A stretch of 64,000 bases of DNA from Octopus sinensis (GCF_006345805.1 NC_042999.1:106330001-106394000), one strand, 5' to 3'. Numbered from the stretch's first letter, positions 49,538 through 62,015 are shown. Made by a program: numbers and translations. The notes: a model not told the origin generated them from the letters alone.

Positions 49538-51329
49538 GTAATACTAATAGGGCAAGGTTTTTAACTTCAAAATATTATAGACAGTTGAAAATGTTAATTT
49601 CAAACATTCAAAATCGTCTGTCCATGTAGAAACTATTTGCGGCGCAAATTTGAGAAGCACAGATATAGGAACTCACACGTTAGTTTACCTACCATGAAAC
49701 TGTAGTCAAACATGATATACAGATTTTGTCCAAACAACTGCACCTCTTACTATTGCTGGCATGGAGCAGCTTAGCCAGTTGTTCATACACTATCCTATCA
49801 TATTGAAACCAACAAAATATTCTTTTGTTCCTCCTAATTCTCATATGTTTTGTTTATTTGCTTGACACACCATGAAATACTCAGTATTTATGAGACGTGC
49901 GTCATATTTTTTTTATTATAGAATTAATGGAAACTGAGTGAGATCACATTAGTATTTGCCCTGCTTCACTTTTCGGGGAGAAGATTTGGTATTTATTCTA
50001 ACAGCGATTAATCACTTGAGCTTCGTTCCTTTATGAGAGATTTTAATCCTTAGAATATACGTATGTGCGCGTGCGCGTGTGTGTGTGATATGTATGTGTT
50101 TTATGTGTGTGTGTGTGTGTGCGCGCACGTATGAATTAAGAAAGTAACGTTGCAGCTATTTTGGTATCAACGAATAATTTATCTGCATACATTAGAAGTC
50201 AGGAACAAATAATCTAAGAAAATTGTTATAATAATGTACTAGTCCATAATGTATACCTTTAAGATACCTCCAGCCGTCCACTTCAGCTGATATTCTTCAA
50301 TCGGTACATTCAATCTCATGCCATATACTGTGATTTGCAATCTTTGCCTTGGGAATCAAGTTCAACAGCGGCAATACTTGAAAGTAGATTTAATCAAATC
50401 AGTGACGTCAAATCATTTAGACTTTTAACAGCTGAAATGCTTTAGGAAAATTTTTACTCACTTATTCATTTATTCTGTGATTTAAGCTTGAAGACGTGTG
50501 TTGCAAATATATTTCAGAGTTTATATGTGCTCTAACAAAATACTTTTAATTCTAGAAAAATCACGAATCTGCTTCATACTTGAGTTTTAATACGTTTATT
50601 CTTGCCCTCTAAATCATCAATGGAGGATCAGTGTTTGTGTATTATTTTATAATGAGCAAAACCCTTTGTTTATGACAATTTTCTTATTTTCAGAAGGTAT
50701 ATTAAAACTGCAATAAAACTAAATAATCATCGGAAATAACTGATGCTTTACACGTAAGCAGGTGCCATATGTCCATATATTCACAAACGGTGTTAGCATA
50801 CTTAACAATCTGTGTCACTTTAATTATTATCTCATATGACGTGCTGAATGTAAAGCACCCTATGCGCTGCTTCCGGTTCACAATTTTCAAACGGATTTTA
50901 TCTAATTATTGTTGGATAATGCATGAGGACTACATAACTTTCGGTTTCAAATAGAAAGCTGACTGGTGTAAGATTTTTCGAGGACAGCAGTGTTCCATAC
51001 ATGAAACCAATGCGTATGCATACATGCATACATACATAAATACTTACACACACATAGATAAAAGACAAGTTCTCAGAAAGACCCAATGCAAACCTTGAAG
51101 ATTGAAAGCATGTTATTGATGAGTCTGCAATAGCGACTAAATGACTCTGACAGGGAAAACTGACTACTGACTCTCTCTTCAATGAACACATTAAACAATC
51201 CATTAGATAGTTTGTTGGCAAAAGAAAGAAGTGGTATTGAACCAGTGCATGTGTTTATTTTAATCTTTATTAGAATGATGATCCTCCCTGGACACAATAA
51301 TATACATATGCATGTGTGCGTGTACGCGT

Positions 51330-51550
51330 GCGTGCATATTTGTCTTTGTGCGATTGAGGTATCCCCCGATCACTTGACAACCGGGGTCGGTGTGATTATA
51401 TCTTCGTAAGTTAGCAGTTCAGCAAATGCCGATAGTATATATGTACCAAGCTTCGAAAGTACAGGGATCGATTTGTTCGACTAAAATTCTTCAAGACGGT
51501 GTCACAGCTTCGCCACAGTCTAATGACTGAAACAAATAAATGATAAAAGA
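51330..51550 (+). mobile_element. SINE family A, 3' half
   Basis: cacttgacaaccggggtcggtgtg...gatcgatttgttcgactaaaattcttcaag...aatgactgaaacaaataaa. Confidence 0.75.
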
Positions 51551-51699
51551 TATGGAATATTTATTAATATATTTCAAATACATTTTTTTTCTGTGACGTC
51601 GTATATCATCAAACGCAAGGTGCACGAACATCACCAGTCAAATGATAATGATTAAAAGTTTTATAAATAGAGATTCTTAGAAAATAAAATATAATATCG

Positions 51700-52130
51700 A
51701 CTTCAATTTTTGGCACAAGGCCAACAATCTCAAGAGAAAGGATTACATCGACCACAGTTTTCAACTTTTACTTATTTATCAACCACGAAGTGATGTAAAA
51801 TAAATGGACTTCGGGGGATATTGAACTCAGATCGTGAAAATAGACAAAATGCTGCTAAGCATTTTACCCAGAGTGCTAACGATTCTGCCAAGTCTCCGCC
51901 TTATAACAGATTACAATACTGGTTTCAAATTTTTGCACAAAGCTATCAATTACGAGGGAGGGGGTAAGTCAATTTCATCACCTCCACTGCTCAACTGATA
52001 CTAGTTTCATTGACACCGAAAGTACGAAAGGCAAAGTGAACCACGGCAGAATTTTAACTCAGAATATAAAGACGGACGAAATGAGGCTAAGCATTTTTCC
52101 CGGAATGCTGACGATTCCGCATTCACCGCT
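51700..52130 (-). mobile_element. two tandem SINE family C copies
   Basis: gattacatcgacc...gaactcaga...gctaacgattctgcc repeated at about 51740-51900 and 51960-52130. Confidence 0.8.
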
Positions 52131-52164
52131 TTATAACAGATTATAATACTGGGACTATATATTA

Positions 52165-52325
52165 GTACACTGGGCGAAATGCTTAGCATCAGTTGGTCCG
52201 TCTTTACGTTTCAGAGTTCAAATTCCGCTTTTAATTCTTTCGAGGTCAATGAAATTATTATCCAGCTGAGTCTCTGGATTCCCACGAACTTGCTGGCCTT
52301 GTTCCAAAATTTGAAACCAATATTA
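52165..52325 (+). mobile_element. SINE family C, inverted relative to the preceding copy
   Basis: gggcgaaatgcttagc...gtccgtctttacgtttcagagttcaaattccgc...ccaaaatttgaaaccaatatt. Confidence 0.75.
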
Positions 52326-54429
52326 AAACTGTATGATTCAGTTAAAGGCGATATTAATAATGAATTCTTAGAGTGTTTTGTTATAAACGAAATATAAGTA
52401 AACAGCCTTAAACATCGTAATTCATTGAAAGTTGGAGGAGACAAGTATCTTCTTTATCACTATGCAAACGCGACACTGCAATTGAATACCTACAGGATAA
52501 ATATTATATTTAGGATTTTTCATTATGTGGAAATTAATTGCATTACCTTTCAGCGTAGGACAGCTAATTTCCATTTCTTATAATATATTTACAACATGCA
52601 TTTCCGCCTGTTTTTTCATGAAATATTAATCAGTCATGATCAAATTTGATTATACTAACATTATTACATTTAGTTTCAATTCCCTTTATATAAAGAATTA
52701 ATAATATGTACGTATACATATATAAATGTATTGTGAGTGTTCAAAAACTTTCACAAAGTACAATTTTGATAATACCCGTGATAACATGTCATACGAAGTT
52801 TATAATATTGTCTACACTAGTTATATCGTTCTATTCCAAAAATTTCTAATCCCCTAAAGTAGTAACAACCTTTCTGATGGGTTTTCACACAGTTGTCATC
52901 CACTAAATGTCGCATACTCACAAGGATATTGTGACATTGTAAGGAGTTTAAATAGAATGATTTATAATTCATTATGTAAAACTGAAAATTTAAGCAAACG
53001 AATAAAATTTATACGAAATTAACCAGGAGTTCGTGCTTTGTGACGGAAATCAGCTACTTAATTAGACACAACAATTATTGTCGCAATATGAATACAAACC
53101 CAACTTCAAAAGATCGTTTGCACTTCCAGAGACATTAACGTTAGGTAGAGGACGATGGTCAATCCATAATGCTGAAACCTCCCTCTTTCCTGTGATAATT
53201 ATAAGAACACTACAAAAAACAAGAAAAGGATTTTATTTCACTTTCCTGTGCTAATTGTAAGAACATTGCAAAAAAAAAAAGAAACAAGGAATTTGTAAGT
53301 AGAAAGATTAAGACGGTAATTGAATATGCATTAGGGATGAATTTTGACAAGAACTTATCTTGAGAATAGCAGGTTATTAACTGTGGCAGTATGCTCTTTT
53401 GCAAAGGAAATTTTGCATTACTCTTATCTTTATAAGCTATAACAAAGAGACTTGTACAAATGCTATTTGTTGAATAAGTATTTCATAACAAAGACATCTA
53501 TGGATCCATAACGAAAACTAGAAAGCTGAGATGGTTGTAAATGCTTAGTGGAAACAGTATTTTGTTTTAACACAGAGTAAAGGACACCAATACACCACTG
53601 ATGTCAGATGGAAATTTGAGGTGTCACAAAAGATTAAAAGAGTTAATGGGTTAATTTTTAATGAAATTCCAAAACACAAGTTAATCATTTCTTAAATAAA
53701 ACTGTAATATACCACTTTAAAATCAGTATCATCGTAAACATTATTATTGTGATTAGTATGATTTGTATTATTGATGTTTGCTTTTTTTTATAAATATACA
53801 GAAAACAACAAAAATAATAGATTTATTTTAAAATGAAATTTAAGAATATTACATATTATATACATATATATGTGTGTGTATGTAAGTGTACGTATGAATG
53901 TATGTGTGTATGTATGTATATTGTCAAAGGATAACGGACAATTATTTGTCACGGTCAAAGTTTTACATGCGGTTACAGTAATGAAATGATAACCCTTCCT
54001 TCCTTTCTTCGTTTGTGGAGGTACTGAATCCATAGTATATATAAGTGGGGACAGTTCTCATTCTAACATTTTTCGTGCCAGTTCTTTTTCCTTAACAGTA
54101 GAAGCATCGACTTTGAACTATTAGAAACTGGGTTTTGTCATACATGTTGTCAACACTGATACCAATAACGGAGAATCCCTACATCTGTAACGTTAGCGCA
54201 ACGGGTGATGATAATAGTAAGTCAGCATCTCCCTCAGGCGAATGAGGAATTCATCGTGCGCGTGTGTATGAGTGAGAAAGAGAAAGATAGAGTCAAACAG
54301 ACAGACAGAAAGAGAGACAGAGAGACAGAGAGACAGACAGACAGATGGTATGTATAAATGGTTCTTGGCAGATTTTCCGACCATTAATATACAGTAGTTC
54401 GATCAATTACATCTCCAGGCTAGACTAAA

Positions 54430-54463
<34 letters not shown>

Positions 54464-54659
54464 ACAAGTTTTGACTTTTGAATTACAAGTACAATCCATC
54501 CTACATACTTTGACATACATTCCATATGTGCAATAAAAGCCACACGTCGACTTAATGCTATAGAATACCATACACACAAGAATCAAAACAGCTTCCACCA
54601 GTTGATGATTGCATTGCAAAGCTTTTAATTTTTAGTCATACTGCGCCGAGTCTGAGTGG

Positions 54660-54732
<73 letters not shown>

Positions 54733-54754
<22 letters not shown>

Positions 54755-55005
54755 CGTGATCACCGTGACCGACCAGGCTATCGGATGTTGCTACACATCG
54801 CTGGTCACAACGCGTTTTGCATTGTTTTAGCTTTCAAATGACGCCACCACTCTAGCTAAGCGAGCAGGCTAACAGAAGAAAGAGTGAGAGAAAGTTGTGG
54901 CGAAGGAGTACAGCAGGGATCGACACCACCCCCTGCCAGACCCTCATGGAGCACAACGCCCGGTCTGGGAATCGAAACCGCGAGTCCGATGCCCTAACCA
55001 CTGGA
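54733..55005 (-). mobile_element. SINE family B
   Basis: gaccgaccaggctatcggatgttgctacacatcgc...gggaatcgaaaccgcgagtccgatgccctaaccactgg. Confidence 0.75.
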
Positions 55006-55294
55006 TTCGGTAAAGCTACTGTTCCATATGATAGTGTTTCGTTCTTGATTTGTCGCACAAAACGAAAGTAAAGACAGCAAAAGCTGTAGGAGTTGTCTTG
55101 TAGGAGTTCAGATTCGAAACTGAATCTTTAAATTCTCCTTGGGCATACGACCTTTTCAAACGTCGAAAGGTATCATAACAAACGGGTGTTCCACTTCAGC
55201 TGTGGCCTATTTATTGCCATCGCTCAGTCACATGGATTAGGTAAAGCTATTGTTCTATATGATATAGCTACTGTTCTCGCTTGTTGGTTCAGGT

Positions 55295-56933
55295 ATGTAT
55301 ATATATACAAAATTCTTTGAGATAGGCAGAGAGAATCCAACAGTGGAGTCGCGCGACACAGACAGAATTTGACAGGGAAACAAATAACATCGACTCACTC
55401 ACAAACAGATAATTCACATCAACAACATGCATTCCAACTTACAGATCTGACCGGACACAGCATTTGTAATTTCATTTGACTATTAGATACTGATGTTCCT
55501 TATCAAAAAAGCTCTCCTAAAAAAAGAGCGTCAAAGAACAAACACCAAAGAAACGCACGACCTGCAGCAGAAAACAAAGATGAGAGACGCGCACGGCTTG
55601 CAGATGATGAACAAAGAAACAAAGCTTGACATCTGAAACCGAACATCAAAGAAATACACGACTTGCAGATAGCCAACAAAGAATGGCAGCTCAACGTGCC
55701 GCAGAAAACGAAGTTTAAAGAAACGTACAACGTACAGATAGCCAGCAAAGAATGGCAACTCGATGTGCATCATAAAACGAAGATCAAAGAAATGGAAGAC
55801 GTGCAGCAGAAAATGAAAACGAAAGAAATGAACCGCTTACAGTTGATCGTCTTCGAAGAGCATCACATCGTATACAAGAAACACCACAAGAAACTGCAAA
55901 CAGACGTAGAAATGACCGAATCAGTCACAACGAAGGTAGATCACGTCAGCAATGGCGTCTTGCGGCTTTCAGTTACAACCCCAATTATTGCTATGGATCT
56001 GAAATTGACTTCAGGCATTGCAGCAACATTACTACCCAAGGTCGGACTACTCATTCAACATTCAAGTCACCTTTAGATTTATCTAACAAAGAAGATTCAG
56101 TTTGCAATTTATATAAAAAAAATTTTAAATGGATCAACTAATACAAAGACGTTATTTAATTGTTTGGGACTAATGTACCACGGCCCTCAAAAAAGCTTTT
56201 GATGTTGTGGACAGAACATTACGAGACATTAGAAATTGTAATTCCATGACGGGAAATGTCACAGTATTATTGTCAGGAGACTTCAGCCAAACACTACCAG
56301 ATGTTCCTCTTGTAGATGAGCTCAATGTTTCAATAAATTCTTTTGTATTATGGCACCATGTGAAAACACCTCAGCTTTCGTCAGATATGAGATCGACGCT
56401 TTCAAGAAATCAATCAGCTGAACTATTTGCAGAACAGCTTTTAAAACTCGGTGAACGGAGGGTTGCAATTGATTACACTCAATCCAATATTAAATTCAGC
56501 TGATTCCGTAAAATAGTGTAAGCAACTAAAATAAAAGTATATCTAAATAACATTTTTTCCTTAATATTTTTTATGTAGTGGTCGAAGGAAGATCTGGATT
56601 TCGTTATGAGTGGTCCACATAACCATACATGATGCAGAGGCTAGGAGCCTATTTCAGTTCGGGAGAGAATCGTCATCACATGTCACTTAGTCGCAAATAC
56701 ATGTCATTTAGCTGTATCACCAACAACAATGCAATTTCGCTATGACATCACCCAGTAATCTATCAAGTACATTTATACATTTCTCAATACATACTACTAT
56801 TAGGACTTCCCTCCGTAGTTTTCTATCTCCATCGTAGATTGGTAGATTTGCTAGCATATATAATAATATTTTGAATGTGGCTCCCGAGAAAGATTAAAAG
56901 TAATTACCCGATCAACGGCGGCCATTACTGCTA

Positions 56934-56934
<1 letters not shown>
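55295..56934 (+). mobile_element. internally deleted Helitron
   Basis: N-terminal R/E/Q-rich repeats (ETEHQRNTRLADSQQRMA...AAFSYNPNY) are joined at about 56000 to Pif1 helicase motifs (SGIAATLLP.GRTTHSTFK, VDRTLRDIR...VLLSGDFSQTLP, FAEQLLKLGE). The 3' end has a hairpin remnant and CTAG|T at 56931-56935. The 5' boundary is approximate. Confidence 0.85.
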
Positions 56935-56978
<44 letters not shown>

Positions 56979-57169
56979 GAGAAAAAAGAGACAGTCAAAA
57001 TTTTAGATCATTCTTTATTAGCGCTTTCTTTCGTTTAACCGAACGCTTCAAGATCATTTTGGTTTTAACTTTTGTCTTGAATCACTAATAAAGCACTAAT
57101 AAAGATCATACTGACTGTCTCCTTTTTCTCACACCATTTTAAACGTAACATCTTTGTGTGTGTGTGTGA

Positions 57170-57211
<42 letters not shown>

Positions 57212-57298
57212 AAGGGAGAAAAGGAACACACGAGTTGATATATATGAAAAAACAAGTCAAAAATAGAAAATGCTAAAATAATTTTATAGTGAACATTT

Positions 57299-57336
57299 CA
57301 GTACCGGTTTCGGTCATTTTGAGACCTTTTCAACTG
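57299..57336 (-). ncRNA. minimal type I hammerhead-like motif, U3-A8 variant
   Basis: cag-TTGAAAA-GGTC-tcaaaat-GACC-GAA-ACCGGT-A-ctg: stem I cag/ctg, stem II GGTC/GACC, palindromic ACCGGT helix III, GUA site. Confidence 0.7.
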
Positions 57337-58056
57337 TAACGATTAAATAATTAAATTTAGAAAAATTAGAAGAAAAGTTTTTTTAAAAGAATATTTCTAT
57401 AGTAGTGTTCAGATTTAAGTGGCATTCTGCCTTTCTCTGACTCCCTTGTTTGCACTTCTGTGTCGGAGGTCGTTGTGAGTTCTTGGTAGGGTAGTAGAGG
57501 AAGAAGGCTGGTGAGGAAAGGGGGGTGGGAGAATCTGGGAGTGCCCTGATGGTCGTATTTTGAATGGTCAGTGGTGGCTGGCAGTCTCAGTTCAATTCAG
57601 GAGAATATTTATATTGACAGGCTTGTTTATAGAATTAGCGTAGGTGTTATACTAACAAACATTAGTGACAAAGTTAAGGGGTAGGGGGTGGAGAAGTAGA
57701 AGAAGAAGAGAAGAAGAAGAAGAAGAAGGAGAAGGAGAAGATGACGATGATGGTGATGGTGGTGATGATTATGACGACGATGATGATGATAATGATGATG
57801 ATGAAGAAGAAGAAGAAGGAGGAGAAGGAGAAGATGGTGGTGATGATGGTGGTGATGATGATGACGACGATGATGATGATAATGATGATGATGAAGAAGA
57901 AGAGGAAGAAGAAGAAGAAGAAAAAAACAGAGAAGGGAGAATATGAATGGGTGTAAGTATAGCTATGAAGGGGCTGTTTAGTAATGGATTCTATGGAGTG
58001 TAATATTTGTGTGTGTGTGTATATATATTTTTCTTTTATTCTAAAGTTGAGGTATA

Positions 58057-60210
58057 TTAATTGTTTGTCGTTGACCCGTTTAGAAGTGGCTTGTATTTTG
58101 TAATAAAGAGATTTTCTTTAATTATTCGTTGTCTCGAGGTTGTATCGTCCCTAAATTGGTAGAGGGGGAAAATTCTGAAGTTTGGTGTTTTTTTGTTGGC
58201 GCAAGTATCTATGTGTTGGCTAAAAGCTATTTTTCTGTTTTGGGGAATTTTTATCTGGGATCTGTGCAGGGCCATTCGTTTACGCAAACCATTTTTTGTT
58301 TGGCCTATGTACTGCTCTTGACACCCGGAGCAGGTTACTGAGTATATTAGGTTCTCCGAAGCACATGTGAAGTTGCTTTTCACTGTAAACCGTTGTCCCT
58401 GTTTGAAGGAGAACTCTGATCCCTCAATTAGATAGTCGCATATCCCGCAATTGGGTCTTCCACATTTTTTTACTGTCGGCTTCTGTGTTGAGGAGTGAAT
58501 TCGGGCTTGTGTAAGGAGACTTTTCATGGATCTAGGCTGTCTTTTGCTTTTTATGATCGTGTGTGTTTGGAGGATTGTGTTCATTCTGTGGTCTTTTTTT
58601 AGGAGGGGTATGTTGTGGAGGATGGTGTCGAAGGCTTCGTTATTGAGAGGGTTGTGTGTGGAGATGTATGGTAAGGCTTTTGGTTGTAAGTTTTTCTTTG
58701 ATTTGGGATGTCTTAGTTCCTTGATGTTAAGTTGAAGGGCACGTTGAATGCACTTGTCAATAAGTGAAGGTGGATAGTTCCTGGTGATTAGGGTATCTTT
58801 TAGTTCTTGTAGTCGTGTGTCTCTGGTGTTTGCGTTAGAGACTATAGTGCATATCCTTTTTGCTAGATTGAAGGGGATATTCATCCTGGTGTGTCTGGGG
58901 TGGCATGAATTGAATGGAAGATATTGCTTAGAGTCTGTAGGCTTATAGTATATGTCTGTTTCTATTATATTATTAGCTTTCTTAATGAGGATATCGAGGA
59001 AGGGGAGTTGTTGTTGGCTATATTCCATCGTGAATTGGATGTTTACGTCCAGTCCGTTTAAAATTTTCTGGAATTCTATGAGTTTTTCTATATTTTTATG
59101 CCAAAGGAGGAAACAGTCATCTAGATATCTCTTCCAGTTGTTTTCTATGTAGATGGAGAAAGGGCTGCCATATCTTTCTAGAACCTTACGATACAGACTG
59201 ATCTCTAGGTATCCTATGACTAGGTTGGCAAAGGAGGGGGCCATTCGTGTACCCATCGCAGTCCCCGATTTTTGTCGGTAGAAGTTGTCATTGAAGGCGA
59301 AGAAGTTATTTTCCAGGATGAATTTAACCCCTTCTATCACAAATTCTTTTTTGATGCGGTGTGGTAGTTCGTTGGCGTGATTCTCTAGCCAGAATTGGAT
59401 TGCCTCTAGTCCTAGGTTGTGGGGGATATTGGAGTAGAGGTTGACTACATCGAAGGATACCAGTATGGTGTTTTTGTTTATAGTATTCGGTAGGTGATTG
59501 AGCATATCTAAGTCGTCCCTTATATAGCTTTTGACATGTTTGAGGACTGGTTTTAACAGGGTGTCTAAAAAGTTACTGAGGCGGTGGGTTTCGCATGCGG
59601 GACCTGCTATTATGGGTCTCAATTTGAGGTCATTAGGATTAGGGACTTTAATTCTTTTGTCTGTAGCTATCTTGCATGCGTTGCTTATTTTTTCACTTTT
59701 GTGGATCTTAGGTATACCGTAGAATTGGCTAGTTTTACTTGTGAAATTGGTCATATAATCATATTCTTTGTCGGTGAGCCCTGCTTTGTATGGGTTTAAT
59801 ATGGATTTTAGTTCCCTCATTATTTTTTGTTGACTGTAGTTTTGTGCCTTTTCATAGTATGTTGTGTCTTCCAGCATAGAAAGTACCAAAGTTATGTAAA
59901 ATGTCGTATCCATTAAGACAACAGCACTCCCTTTATCGGCCTCTTTGATTGTTATTGTTTTATCTAGTTTTAATTTGTTCAACTCAGCCCATTCTTTTTT
60001 GCTGAAGTTTGGTTTGTGTTTTTGTTTGTGCATATGTTGATATGGGTAATTTGATATGTGGTCACAGAAATCATCAAGTGTTTTATTCTTACCTTTCGAG
60101 GGGGTGTAGTTACTCCTATTTCTGGCTAACGATTCGTCCTCGTTGTATTTATCGTATAGCTCCTCAGTAAGTCTTAATTTTCTGCAGAATTCTGCGATGT
60201 CTTCTTTCAT
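58057..60210 (-). CDS. Penelope-like reverse transcriptase plus GIY-YIG endonuclease (717 aa uninterrupted)
   Basis: ADKGSAVV, FYGIPKIHK, LRPIIAG, SFDVVNLYSNIP, GTAMGTRMAPSFANL, WKRYLDDCF, LPFLDI, YYKPTD, CGRPNCGIC, LIYSVTC..C..QYIGQT...RMALH, ENLFI. Confidence 0.93.
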   Translation of the reverse strand: MKEDIAEFCRKLRLTEELYDKYNEDESLARNRSNYTPSKGKNKTLDDFCDHISNYPYQHMHKQKHKPNFSKKEWAELNKLKLDKTITIKEADKGSAVVLMDTTFYITLVLSMLEDTTYYEKAQNYSQQKIMRELKSILNPYKAGLTDKEYDYMTNFTSKTSQFYGIPKIHKSEKISNACKIATDKRIKVPNPNDLKLRPIIAGPACETHRLSNFLDTLLKPVLKHVKSYIRDDLDMLNHLPNTINKNTILVSFDVVNLYSNIPHNLGLEAIQFWLENHANELPHRIKKEFVIEGVKFILENNFFAFNDNFYRQKSGTAMGTRMAPSFANLVIGYLEISLYRKVLERYGSPFSIYIENNWKRYLDDCFLLWHKNIEKLIEFQKILNGLDVNIQFTMEYSQQQLPFLDILIKKANNIIETDIYYKPTDSKQYLPFNSCHPRHTRMNIPFNLAKRICTIVSNANTRDTRLQELKDTLITRNYPPSLIDKCIQRALQLNIKELRHPKSKKNLQPKALPYISTHNPLNNEAFDTILHNIPLLKKDHRMNTILQTHTIIKSKRQPRSMKSLLTQARIHSSTQKPTVKKCGRPNCGICDYLIEGSEFSFKQGQRFTVKSNFTCASENLIYSVTCSGCQEQYIGQTKNGLRKRMALHRSQIKIPQNRKIAFSQHIDTCANKKTPNFRIFPLYQFRDDTTSRQRIIKENLFITKYKPLLNGSTTNN

Positions 60211-61578
60211 TTCATTGTAGTTGGGGTGTTGTGGGGTGGGTGTAAACTTGAGTCCTTTGGAAAGTATGTTTATTTGGTTTGCTGTTAGTTCCTTGTGAGT
60301 TAGATTAATAATTTTTATTACTTTTGGTTCCTCCTGCTTGTTTGGTGCTATCTTGTGTCTCTGTGTTTGCGTATTGGGTCTAAAAAATGAATGCGGTGGT
60401 TGGGACGGTAGCTAGTATATAGTTGTTCTTTGTTGATTAGGGGTCTCCTGTTGTGATTTATGGTGTGTGTTCTTGGAGCAGTATTAAGGAGAGCATCCCG
60501 ATATCCCATATTCGGGTGTGGTGTTCTAGGAGGCCATCGTTGGTAATCATTGCAAGTGGTGTGGGTTTGTTGTGCATGGTTGTTTAACCGGTTAATGGGA
60601 CGAAGATTTCGTTGGTAACTCCTTTGGGTGGGGATGAGGTTGCAGTGTCTATGCTGTGGGTGTTGATTTATCCTTTCTCTGCTTGAAGTGGGGGTATTCC
60701 TGATATTGTATCGCTGGCTGCTTACAGAGTTAGGGTTAGGTCCTGTATTCTTTTTTTGATAGTAGTGAAGGTTCCGATTTTTAGACAGGTGTGTATCGGT
60801 GTTTGGGTGTTGTTTTGGTTTTCTTATTTTCTGGAAAGGTTGTTGGAGGCGTGCTCTGTTTGAAAGACGGCTTCATAGTCTGAGAACCAAGTGGCGCTTT
60901 TCTCCCAGTGTTGGAGAGATTTTAGTTCTTCTTTTTCACAGTCCTCTTTCCATAGTTTGGAGAACTTCTCTTGATCTGGGCCTTGGGTCATTTTGCGAAT
61001 TTCTTCGTTGATATCTTCATCGGTGGATTTTATTTTATCCTCATTCGTTTGGGCCCTCAATTTCATCTTCTCCTTCTCCTCCTTCTTCTTCTTCTTCATC
61101 CTCATCATTATCATCATCATCGTCGTCATAATCATCACCACCATCACCATCATCGTCATCTTCTCCTTCTCCTTCTTCTTCTTTTTCTTCTTCTTCTTCT
61201 TCTTCTTCTTCTTCTTCTACTTCTCCACCCCCTACCCCTTAACTTTGTCACTAATGTTTTTTAGTATAACACCTACGCTAATTCTATAAACAAGCCTGTC
61301 AATATAAATATTCTCCTGAATTGAACTGAGACTGTCAGCCCCCACTGACCATTCAAAATACGACCATCAGGGCACTCCCAGATTCTCCCACCCCCTTTCC
61401 TCACCAGCCTTCTTCCTCTACTACCCTACCAAGAACTCACAACGACCTCCGACACAGAAGTGCAAACAAGGGAGTCAGAGAAAGGCAGAATGCCACTTAA
61501 ATCTGAACACTACTATAGAAATATTCTTTTAAAAAAACTTTTCTTCTAATTTTTCTAAATTTAATTATTTAATCGTTA

Positions 61579-61616
61579 CAGTTGAAAAGGTCTCAAAATG
61601 ACCGAAACCGGTACTG
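61579..61616 (+). ncRNA. identical hammerhead-like motif in the inverted 5' repeat
   Basis: cagttgaaaaggtctcaaaatgaccgaaaccggtactg read directly. Confidence 0.7.
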
Positions 61617-61665
61617 AAATGTTCACTATAGAATTATTTTAGCATTTTCTATTTTTGACTTGTGT

Positions 61666-61720
<55 letters not shown>

Positions 61721-61731
61721 CATACATACAC

Positions 61732-61764
<33 letters not shown>

Positions 61765-62015
61765 CATACATACACACATACATATTAATATACAAACTTG
61801 ACTACTTGAAAAATTATACTGAGGAGTTAGTTGCCTCCCCCCCTTGTCACCTGTTGTCTCCCTTTGTCCACTCTCTAGACTCATTCTTATTTTCAAGCAT
61901 CCAAAATGGTAAGACCCGTTTGTGACAAGAATTGATTACTTCACAATGCCCCTTGAAAAGGTAATTTAAATAGCTAAAACCGGTTGGATATCACGACATC
62001 AATAAAATATTTATA

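Larger units (their letters stand above)
57212..61675 (-). mobile_element. Neptune/Naiad-like Penelope element (about 4.5 kb) with about 600-bp inverted terminal repeats, in (TA)n
   Basis: 57240-57836 is the reverse complement of 61064-61675. There is a 26-nt extra 3' tail (57212-57237), an RT plus GIY-YIG ORF inside, and TA arrays on both flanks. Confidence 0.95.

Noticed and set aside
50230-51300. Several open stretches with weak GPCR- or Cys-motif resemblance
   Set aside because: The frames are inconsistent, stops are frequent and there is no clean splice pairing; too weak to call.
55005-55270. Direct repeat of about 32 bp (ggatt.ggtaaagcta.tgttc.atatgata) about 230 bp apart
   Set aside because: Short and diverged, with nothing recognisable between the copies; likely a local duplication.
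58057-60410. Selenocysteine-recoding Naiad element
   Set aside because: There is no in-frame TGA in the RT-EN frame, and the upstream interruptions examined are TAG and TAA.
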